DNA of 64,000 bases from a virus. Shown piece by piece: positions 57,089 to 64,000 of this stretch. Under the pieces are notes generated by a model that made no database searches, had not been told where the DNA came from, and worked only from the letters and a program-made list of their open reading frames with translations. The stretch's first letter is position 1, and each line of letters begins with the position of its first letter. The DNA lies in IMG/VR virus record IMGVR_UViG_3300020205_000565, positions 1 through 64,000 of that record. The stretch is one strand, 5' to 3'. Both the position numbers and the translations under genes were made by a program.

Positions 57089-59905
57089 TTAGCAGAGATA
57101 AGATAAGCAGGTTGGACAATCGTTATAAGCTACATCTACAGTTACTACTACTTGTGGTAAGAATGTAAATGTTTCTTCTATAGTAAAGCATATGTCAGGA
57201 TATTCTACAAATGTTAGTATAGGTAGATTCTGGTTTGTACCGCCGGTTAAATATGATGACAAATCTGTAGTAGTTTGCAATAGTGGAGTAGTCTCTCCGC
57301 ACCTTATTAAATTATAATAAGGGGTAACTTCGTTATCCTGATTACAATCTATACAGTCTGTATATGCCGTAATCTGATCAACGGTAATGTTTAAAGTAGT
57401 AGAATTAGTGCATGCGCTATTTAAACTTACATATAGACATACTTCAACGCCTTCAATAAATATATACTGGTCTATAAACTGAGCCATAAAATCGTTATCC
57501 TGACCCGTAGTATTTACAGAGGCATATACTGTATTATCAGCGCAGTTGATTAAATCATAGCAACAGGTATTAAACGGTATTGCCGATACACAGTTACAAT
57601 AATAAACTAGTGTTGTTGGATCCTGTATTATTTGACAAGGGTTCGTACACGTTAAAGACGACTGTGAAATAGCACAAACTATTGACGCCGATATAGATAG
57701 GCCTATTCCAGCATATGCACTAGGAATAAGATCAGTTTGATAATAATCCGGTAAGCCTGAAACAGCATTACTAGGGAATTTATCTGACGTTGTATAACTT
57801 CCATTCCAGCTTGGGCAAGTTCCAATATTTATTTCACCAGCAGTTTGTGAAATGTTATCACCACCATCTTTTAAAACATTTCCAAAAATAGATGAGTTAT
57901 CTAAATAGCAAGGTGTTACTAAGTCTGTTGGATCTATTCCAACAAAAGCGCCTTTAGTAATATTTTGCTCTATAGTTTGTCCTGTAATTAATAATGTTAT
58001 TTCAGTTGATCCTCCACTTCCTACATTAGGTACAGCAGTTCCCGCTTTAATTTCTTGAGCTAAATCCATTGTAGCAATGTAATCAGCAAGTCTTCTATTT
58101 TGATAAGTAGTTTGAATGATGCTGGTAATATCATTTACACCATAGAATCCGCATACCTGATTTGCAGGAGTAGTTCCAAATGATGTTATAATAGCTGGTA
58201 ATGTAACACCATAATTCGTAAGTAAGGCATTAGGATCAATATAATTAGGCCAACCATCTGTCACAAATAAAATCTTTTTATTTGCAGCAGGTCTACTATT
58301 TGTTCCCCAAACTACATCATAACCCCTACCTAAACCCGCAAAACTATTTGTAAAACCGATTCCCTGCGTAGGAAGTATTCCATATATATCAGGAGTAGTT
58401 CCTGAGGCTCCTGCTAAGGGGAGACCCATAGCATTAATTGCATTTTTAAGTAATCCCGCATTAGATACAGTACCCGCCGGAGAATTATTAGCTCCTCCTG
58501 ATTCCCAGGCTGTTGGGCCGTAATTTAAACTAACGCCTCCCACTGTTGCATAAGAAGCTGCATCAAAGAATACAACTCCTACTCTAATGTCTCCAGAAGT
58601 AATTCGACCTAAGCTGTTCGCAAGAGTATTTAAGTTGCCATTAATGTCATATCCCATCTCTAGACCATCAACAATACTCCTAAGCATATTCTTATACTCC
58701 GGCATTTCTTCTTGAGTAATAGATCCTGAGATATCTATAACTATTGCTACATCAGTTTCACAAGCTACAGGATTTGTCCCTTCGCAATCACCTGTTACTG
58801 GATTATATACTAACCCCTCTGGACACATTGGGGTATTACTAATACATTGTTGGGATGTCTCATCCCATGAGAAACCTGGTTCACATCCGCAGCCTACTAT
58901 AGCCGATACAGCCGGAAACATTGGGAAAAATGTAGGATCAGTATTTGTATTATTAATATTACTACCGTTATCAGCTGTATAAAATATATCTGTTCCATTA
59001 CCTACAGCAAATCCTTTACCACTTAAGTAAAAATCTATTCCACTAAGATTGGGCCCACCAAAATCATAAACTGTAGTAGGTGTTGTAGCAAAGTCATCTG
59101 TAGTAGCATATAATTTTGTACGGCTATTTACGTAGAGCGTTCCTTCAGCATAGCTTATGTTTTTAATACTCGTAACTACAAAATGCGCATCAGGAAATGA
59201 ATAAATTAAAGTAAATGCTGCGGACGCCACTGACCTATATACACCGTCTAAAGTAACAGCATACAATGTATCTGTTGCTAGGACATAGTGTAGGGCGCCT
59301 ACAATATTAGATGCCCCAGGAGTTCCAAGTAAGGCAAATGACGCAGCATTATCTATACTTTTAAATACTCTTGTTGGATTTAGTGCCGTACCTAAACCTA
59401 CTGCTGCATATACATTTATATCGTCTCCTGCTAGCGCATAAATCTCAGGATTTCCTGAACCATAAATTGCTGCTGAAGTAATAGTAGTATTAAATCCTCC
59501 GGCAGGATTTGATGTAATACGTTTTAATATATAAGCAATAGTTGGTTGGTTGCTTGCTGCCGTATAAGCATTAAGCCCATCCTCTGTAAAAAGAGTAGTA
59601 TTATAACCACCTATAGATGAGCCGACAGGTACCGTACTTGCCCAAGTGCCTGGGGCAGGAGCAAACGCTGTAGTACCACCATCGTAAGAAATAACAATAC
59701 CAGGATGTGTTAATGCAGTTAAATATGACGTAGTGCATACAACAGTATTTGAATCATCGGGGCTTACTATTAACCCTGCTATTATCCCATCATACTGAGG
59801 AAAGTACGATGTGTAAGTCCAAGTTGCCCCTAAATCATTAGAGTATTTAAGTTGACCTTTACCACCAGCATCTATTCCCGATACATATACTTTTACTGCA
59901 GACAT
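57089..59905 (-). CDS. Putative receptor-binding protein: Asp-box beta-propeller, Cys modules, VWA domain, Cys-rich repeats
   Basis: 938 aa; Asp boxes (YSNDLGATW, SYDGGTT, SIDNAASF, TADNGSN); CPEGLVYNPVTGDC; MIDAS DISGS (about 58721-58735), TNS and VTDG. Confidence 0.75.
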   Translation of the reverse strand: MSAVKVYVSGIDAGGKGQLKYSNDLGATWTYTSYFPQYDGIIAGLIVSPDDSNTVVCTTSYLTALTHPGIVISYDGGTTAFAPAPGTWASTVPVGSSIGGYNTTLFTEDGLNAYTAASNQPTIAYILKRITSNPAGGFNTTITSAAIYGSGNPEIYALAGDDINVYAAVGLGTALNPTRVFKSIDNAASFALLGTPGASNIVGALHYVLATDTLYAVTLDGVYRSVASAAFTLIYSFPDAHFVVTSIKNISYAEGTLYVNSRTKLYATTDDFATTPTTVYDFGGPNLSGIDFYLSGKGFAVGNGTDIFYTADNGSNINNTNTDPTFFPMFPAVSAIVGCGCEPGFSWDETSQQCISNTPMCPEGLVYNPVTGDCEGTNPVACETDVAIVIDISGSITQEEMPEYKNMLRSIVDGLEMGYDINGNLNTLANSLGRITSGDIRVGVVFFDAASYATVGGVSLNYGPTAWESGGANNSPAGTVSNAGLLKNAINAMGLPLAGASGTTPDIYGILPTQGIGFTNSFAGLGRGYDVVWGTNSRPAANKKILFVTDGWPNYIDPNALLTNYGVTLPAIITSFGTTPANQVCGFYGVNDITSIIQTTYQNRRLADYIATMDLAQEIKAGTAVPNVGSGGSTEITLLITGQTIEQNITKGAFVGIDPTDLVTPCYLDNSSIFGNVLKDGGDNISQTAGEINIGTCPSWNGSYTTSDKFPSNAVSGLPDYYQTDLIPSAYAGIGLSISASIVCAISQSSLTCTNPCQIIQDPTTLVYYCNCVSAIPFNTCCYDLINCADNTVYASVNTTGQDNDFMAQFIDQYIFIEGVEVCLYVSLNSACTNSTTLNITVDQITAYTDCIDCNQDNEVTPYYNLIRCGETTPLLQTTTDLSSYLTGGTNQNLPILTFVEYPDICFTIEETFTFLPQVVVTVDVAYNDCPTCLSYLC

Positions 59906-59907
59906 AT

Positions 59908-60054
59908 TTAAGTTGTTTGTGGCAAAGCAGACTTTGGAGCCGGCTTAGCCTGTAATTGTTTAATACAGTTTGTACATCCTTGTTTTCCGTCAGGTGTTAC
60001 TCTTTTCTGACATCCGCAGGACATCATATTTCCGCAGTTTGAACATTTTGCCAT
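59908..60054 (-). CDS. 48-aa Cys-rich microprotein (CxxC, CxC, CxxC)
   Basis: Own translation MAKCSNCGNMMSCGCQKRVTPDGKQGCTNCIKQLQAKPAPKSALPQTT*; stop lies 2 nt before the next ATG. Confidence 0.75.
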   Translation of the reverse strand: MAKCSNCGNMMSCGCQKRVTPDGKQGCTNCIKQLQAKPAPKSALPQTT

Positions 60055-60081
60055 TGAAGTAATATATTGGTTTTTAACTAA

Positions 60082-60654
60082 TTAGCAATTTCCGCATCCA
60101 CAGCTACAAGCTAATTTATCTAGTCTCGTAAGCACATAATTATAAATAGCCATCCCCTGCGATGGAGAATGGCAATATTCTACTTTAGCTTTAGCTGCCT
60201 TAAGCATAGTAGTAAGAAGTTGTACTTCTTGTAGTTTCGCTTTAATAGGAGCCTGAGGCTCGCAGTTTGGTACATCTAGACAACATAGAAGCTCATTGAT
60301 TTTATTCATCGCCTCTGTAGTCCTCAGATGGTTATATTCCACATAAACAAATTGGTGTGGGGCTACGCTATATCTAATAACATAAACTCCATCTACAACA
60401 TTGTTTCTATAGCTATCGCAGTTAGTAGTTTGTGTATCTAATCCACAAGCTGTGATATTAACATCAAAGCTGCTTGTCGTACTAACGGTACCAAGGTCTT
60501 CAAATACGGAAGCCGTGGTAAAACCAGGACAAGTTATCTCTAATCGAGGACATTCAATAGGTACGTTAATATTGTACGTACTTGTATCTACTATACGAAT
60601 TACGCAAGTAGTTAACGTATCTGGAATATCTAAAGATAATAAGTGTTGTGCCAT
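60082..60654 (-). CDS. Structural protein, possible fibre hub/adaptor, Cys-rich
   Basis: 190 aa; Ig-like beta N-terminal half (DGVYVIRYSV), helical C-terminal half ending CSCGCGNC. Confidence 0.6.
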   Translation of the reverse strand: MAQHLLSLDIPDTLTTCVIRIVDTSTYNINVPIECPRLEITCPGFTTASVFEDLGTVSTTSSFDVNITACGLDTQTTNCDSYRNNVVDGVYVIRYSVAPHQFVYVEYNHLRTTEAMNKINELLCCLDVPNCEPQAPIKAKLQEVQLLTTMLKAAKAKVEYCHSPSQGMAIYNYVLTRLDKLACSCGCGNC

Positions 60655-60657
60655 AGT

Positions 60658-60676
60658 ACTAAGTTACAAAGATATA
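60658..60676 (-). promoter_or_regulatory. Promoter-like region with Bacteroidota -7 box TATCTTTG overlapping the phage motif CTTTGTAACTTAGT
   Basis: Minus strand TATATCTTTGTAACTTAGT matches TAnnTTTG; immediately follows a terminator. Confidence 0.5.
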
Positions 60677-60680
60677 GTGT

Positions 60681-60725
60681 AAAAATAAAAAAGGGAAGGA
60701 GTTTTTTTTGGCTCCCTCCCTTTTT
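60681..60725 (-). terminator. Rho-independent terminator, possibly bidirectional, after the 503-aa gene
   Basis: Minus strand AAAAAGGGAGGGAG-loop-CTCCTTCCCTTTTTTATTTTT. Confidence 0.85.
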
Positions 60726-60742
60726 AAAAGTATTAGTTAAGA

Positions 60743-62254
60743 TTATCTTTCGTTGTTCTGGTTAGGATCAACTGGTGTGCAAGTCTCTGGACAGTTATAA
60801 GGAGTCATGCTCTCACAAGCGCCACAGTTCTCTAACCAGGTATTTACAAACTTTTCAAAGTCTATCAATGATGGGTCAAAGAATGTGATTAGATCACCTT
60901 CTGAATAAGTACTATAATCACCTGTAACAGTAATTGTAGTACCAGTGATTCCAGCAATGATACCATCATCATCAAATCCAGTACCATCGTATAGAAAACC
61001 GACTCCTCCGCCTACGTAAGCACCTAGGGTAGATTCTACAGTAAATGTAGTTAAACCAGTTCCTGCATTATATGTAGGATTAGATGTAGCAACTGTATTC
61101 AATTGTGGAGCACCAGCGATCTCTAACAAGTACTGCTCATTATCAAATGTTCCAGTTGGGTTGTTAAAGCGAGGTACACTATGTTGGATATAGTAACTAG
61201 TGTAGTACGATGTACGGCTAATTGCTGCAGTAACGTCATTACCGTTAGTGATCTCACGAATACGTAAGTCAGTTCCAGTATAGAAAGGTTGTTGCATGTA
61301 ACCTTCGGTTAAGATAAGTTCACGAATAACATTTTCTCCTGTTCCTTTTAACTGAATTGGTTGACATTTATCATTTTCACAAAGACCTGTAAAAGCACAA
61401 GGATCTCCGTTAAGATCTACTTCAGAAGCATAAAGCTTAACTGGCTCCAAGAATGATATAATAGAATCATTAGGGTAGAAAGTACAATCTTGGAAACGAG
61501 TATCAGCATAAGCTCCAGTGATAATTAAACCAGCAAGAGTGTTCTCATCTGTTCCTGGAGGGAAAGCAGCACCTTCTAAAGTATAAGGTAACAATGCTTC
61601 AGCAGTTGTGCTATCGTCAGTATTAACTGGTTCGAATGCCTGCCAAGTCAATCCAGCATCAGTAGAGTAAGTAATTGTTACGTGGATGAATGGGTTAATC
61701 AAAATGCTATTCAAGAAGTCATAAGCCCATTTAGTGTAAACAATTAAAGGGTTAACAGCTACTGGAGCAATTGCATCATCAGGACAACATCCTGTGTAAG
61801 CACCAGAAGTGTAGTAAGAGTTACGAGTTAAGTAACGTAATGCAGGTGATCCTTTAATATCCAAACGCAAAGAATAAGTTTCTCCACATAAGAATTGCTT
61901 AGCGCAAGTTCCTTCATAATTGTCTCCGTTAGCGCCTACAGTAATCTGTGCTTGCTGTGGAGTACAAGGAAGAACCTTGTAGAAGCGGTGTACATACTTA
62001 GGGTTGATAGTCTTAGACTTTACAGACTCGGAATATCCACCGTGGAATTTACCAATTTTGTCATTTGGATGAATAGATGCAGAAACTAAAACTGCTGGGC
62101 AGCATCCTTCAGGAGCTGACTCAAACTGTTTCCAAGTTTTAGGATCATAAAATGCAAATTGTCCAAGAGTAAGCTCGTTGGTAGCATCACCATTTGTTAC
62201 GAAACCAGCGGTCCCGACAAAGGTTTTGTTAAAGGCATGATTAAAATAAGCCAT
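60743..62254 (-). CDS. Abundant structural protein, probably auxiliary capsid/decoration protein
   Basis: 503 aa; SKTINPKYV, CGETYSLRL and YYIQH motifs; own promoter-like leader and strong terminator suggest high expression; position typical of the crAss head module. Confidence 0.6.
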   Translation of the reverse strand: MAYFNHAFNKTFVGTAGFVTNGDATNELTLGQFAFYDPKTWKQFESAPEGCCPAVLVSASIHPNDKIGKFHGGYSESVKSKTINPKYVHRFYKVLPCTPQQAQITVGANGDNYEGTCAKQFLCGETYSLRLDIKGSPALRYLTRNSYYTSGAYTGCCPDDAIAPVAVNPLIVYTKWAYDFLNSILINPFIHVTITYSTDAGLTWQAFEPVNTDDSTTAEALLPYTLEGAAFPPGTDENTLAGLIITGAYADTRFQDCTFYPNDSIISFLEPVKLYASEVDLNGDPCAFTGLCENDKCQPIQLKGTGENVIRELILTEGYMQQPFYTGTDLRIREITNGNDVTAAISRTSYYTSYYIQHSVPRFNNPTGTFDNEQYLLEIAGAPQLNTVATSNPTYNAGTGLTTFTVESTLGAYVGGGVGFLYDGTGFDDDGIIAGITGTTITVTGDYSTYSEGDLITFFDPSLIDFEKFVNTWLENCGACESMTPYNCPETCTPVDPNQNNER

Positions 62255-62321
62255 GTTTTTTGTTTTTAAGGGTTATAAATATATATTTAATATAAGGAAA
62301 GTTTTTGTTCCTTCCAAATTT

Positions 62322-62915
62322 TTACAAATAATCTTTCATCTCGTGGTCCAGTAAGCGCATTGCTGTCTTATCTGTACCAAAAGCATTTAACTGGTCAACC
62401 CAGTTCTGCATCTTGTTATGCTCCTCTACCTGTTCTTTTAAATAAGCTAAAGCAAACTCATATAACATATGGTCCGCTTTCTTCATAGCGTCACCTGCTA
62501 AATCTTTGATCTGCTTAGTCACAGTGATCTCATGATCATAAGACATCTGTATAATTTCAGGAAGACCGTTAAAGGTTTGGTTAGGCGAATCTAGTTTTGG
62601 GGTAAGCGGTTGTACTCCCATGGATAATAAGTAGGTTCTTGCTAAGTCTGAATGAGACATCTCTTCATTAGAGTATCTGCGCCATAGTTTAGCAGCATTA
62701 ACATAACCGTTGTTATCTAACCACATCGACATAGCCAAGTATATTCTACCTGAGTATTCCTCTTGTTGTACACGATAGTTTAGATACTCTACACAGTCAT
62801 CTGATAAAAGTATGTTCTTACCTTTTGTAGATGGTGCTTTCTTTATAGTTGATGCGGCAGGACTGGTAATACCTACTACTTCTCGCTTCAATAAATTTCT
62901 CGGTTGTTCCGCCAT
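62322..62915 (-). CDS. ftnA: Non-heme ferritin (FtnA-like)
   Basis: EEYSGRIYLAMSMW, EEMSH, HEITVT and EQVEE supply the full ferroxidase-centre ligand set; about 30-aa N-terminal extension. Confidence 0.88.
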   Translation of the reverse strand: MAEQPRNLLKREVVGITSPAASTIKKAPSTKGKNILLSDDCVEYLNYRVQQEEYSGRIYLAMSMWLDNNGYVNAAKLWRRYSNEEMSHSDLARTYLLSMGVQPLTPKLDSPNQTFNGLPEIIQMSYDHEITVTKQIKDLAGDAMKKADHMLYEFALAYLKEQVEEHNKMQNWVDQLNAFGTDKTAMRLLDHEMKDYL

Positions 62916-62927
62916 TATTTCTAGTTA

Positions 62928-63635
62928 TTAAGTGTTTTCTTCTCCAGATGATTTAGCAATCGAGTATTGATTCATAGACTCAATATCTCCTGCAAGTACC
63001 TGTACTGTTTCATCTATAAGTACTTCTATAATATTATCTGCAAATTCGCAAATAATATCAGCAGTAGATACCTGTAATGTGTAAGGGTCAGTACAGCCCT
63101 CTATCTGAATTAGGACAGGATTCCTATAGTACATCAGATAACAGTTAACAACTTCAAAGTCGTTATCATTATATATACGTACTCTATCTCCTACAAGAGT
63201 ACAGAATGTTTCTCCCCATTCAAAACTAGGCTTACGTAAATAATCCTGTAGGTAAACGGGAACATTCTGTTCTTCAGCAAGATAAGTAACGGTTATACTC
63301 TGTGGATCTTCGCAACATCCTTTTCTAGCATTAGCGTCTATACGCTTAAACTGTAGATAGTCTGCTGGAAAAAGTTCAGTTTCTTGGTATAGGTTTTTTG
63401 GATAAAGTTCTACCAATACCTCTTTTAGTAAGTTCTGAAGATCATCTACTTTACGGGTAGACTGTTCATCTCCTTGCTTTTCAGCATTCATACCAATAAG
63501 TTGGCGACGGACCCATTGAATCTGTGCCTTATTAAAGGCCTCTACAATTTGCCAGCATTCGAAGTTATCGTAATCATTGCTGGCAAGCTTATTAAGTCGT
63601 TGCTTAATCTTAAGCTGTAGAGTAGTATTGTTCAT
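62928..63635 (-). CDS. Head-tail ring/adaptor protein (crAss-like)
   Basis: 235 aa; LNKLASNDY...IVEAFNKAQ, DDLQNLL, PADYL, YYRNP pattern. Confidence 0.7.
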   Translation of the reverse strand: MNNTTLQLKIKQRLNKLASNDYDNFECWQIVEAFNKAQIQWVRRQLIGMNAEKQGDEQSTRKVDDLQNLLKEVLVELYPKNLYQETELFPADYLQFKRIDANARKGCCEDPQSITVTYLAEEQNVPVYLQDYLRKPSFEWGETFCTLVGDRVRIYNDNDFEVVNCYLMYYRNPVLIQIEGCTDPYTLQVSTADIICEFADNIIEVLIDETVQVLAGDIESMNQYSIAKSSGEENT

Positions 63636-63832
63636 TATCCGTTAACGCGTTTCAAGTTTGGGTTTGCTTTTTTAGCAGCAGAAGAAGCCTTACGAGCAGC
63701 AGAAGCTAAGATAGCTCCAGCAGCTGCTTTAGACACACCTTGCTTTTTTGCAATACTTGATTGTACTGCTTTAAATCCTGGATGACTTCCTCCTTTTTTA
63801 TAGGATCCGCCACATTTTGCACAACCTGCCAT
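63635..63832 (-). CDS. Small basic Ala/Lys-rich phage protein
   Basis: 65 aa MAGCAKCGGSYKKGGSHPGFKAVQSSIAKKQG...ANPNLKRV; TAATG-coupled to the ring gene. Confidence 0.75.
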   Translation of the reverse strand: MAGCAKCGGSYKKGGSHPGFKAVQSSIAKKQGVSKAAAGAILASAARKASSAAKKANPNLKRVNG

Positions 63833-63844
63833 AGTACTATAGTT

Positions 63845-64000
63845 TTAACATTTCCATTTTCTAAGCGACTTGTTGATTCTGCTATCAGGATCATTAGCCG
63901 TTTTTGTGCTAGTAAGCTTCTTCTTCATACCAGACATTCTAGCACAGAAGCTTTTCTTTCTAGAACCACCTTCAGGTTGAGGAGCTTTCAGGTTCCCGCC
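63845..64000 (-). CDS. Small basic phage protein (DUF6321-like), 5' end outside the window
   Basis: Own translation ...GGNLKAPQPEGGSRKKSFCARMSGMKKKLTSTKTANDPDSRINKSLRKWKC*; family recalled from the SFCARM and RKWKC motifs. Confidence 0.7.
   Translation of the reverse strand, partial: GGNLKAPQPEGGSRKKSFCARMSGMKKKLTSTKTANDPDSRINKSLRKWKC

Noticed and set aside
204-62089. All plus-strand ORFs in the track (e.g. 204..623, 12832..13431, 21990..22691, 45117..45590)
   Set aside because: Antisense shadows of long minus-strand genes, with Ser/Leu/Phe-rich composition and no motifs
60743-62254. 503-aa protein as major capsid or tail sheath
   Set aside because: No recognisable HK97 or sheath motifs, and the tail module is podovirus-like; capsid, portal and terminase genes probably lie outside the window
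63706-63894. 62-aa minus-strand ORF
   Set aside because: Overlaps two better-supported small genes in other frames
1-64000. Stop-codon reassignment as in some crAss-like phages
   Set aside because: Genes are intact and tightly packed under code 11; TAG (54204) and TGA (1680, 52805) act as real stops
1-64000. tRNA, rRNA, integrase, transposase or DGR elements
   Set aside because: Intergenic gaps are short with no cloverleaf seen; no reverse transcriptase or recombinase motifs; the duplicated modules do not show adenine-specific differences

Overview
This window is the late (virion) gene block of a crAss-like (Crassvirales-type) phage of Bacteroidota. All credible genes are on the minus strand, tightly packed, often with TAATG/ATGA coupling and no Shine-Dalgarno motifs. 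The standard code fits, with TAA, TAG and TGA all used as stops. In transcription order (right to left): small basic proteins; a ring/adaptor protein; an intact FtnA-type ferritin; a probable auxiliary capsid protein; a block of Cys-rich fibre/decoration proteins (Asp-box propeller plus VWA, FN3); a HU/IHF-like protein; two tail ring proteins; the muzzle/tail-stabilisation protein; seven large internal (ejection) proteins; a lysis cassette; and more small proteins. One ejection protein is a 4552-aa virion RNA polymerase (DFDID) fused to SLOG-like, zincin and SF1B helicase domains. Two patterns stand out. (1) By eye the seven ejection proteins (14,619 aa) contain only four cysteines. All four lie at the facing termini of the last three giant proteins (..GCE/MINC.., ..KKC/MSAC..), suggesting a head-to-tail disulfide-linked ejection chain. 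(2) A recurring basic-[FYMA]-x-x-GG motif punctuates the 2926-, 1291- and 959-aa proteins at module boundaries and recurs in tiny basic proteins, suggesting a cargo-tagging or polyprotein-processing code. Family assignments come from motif recognition and gene order, not database searches.
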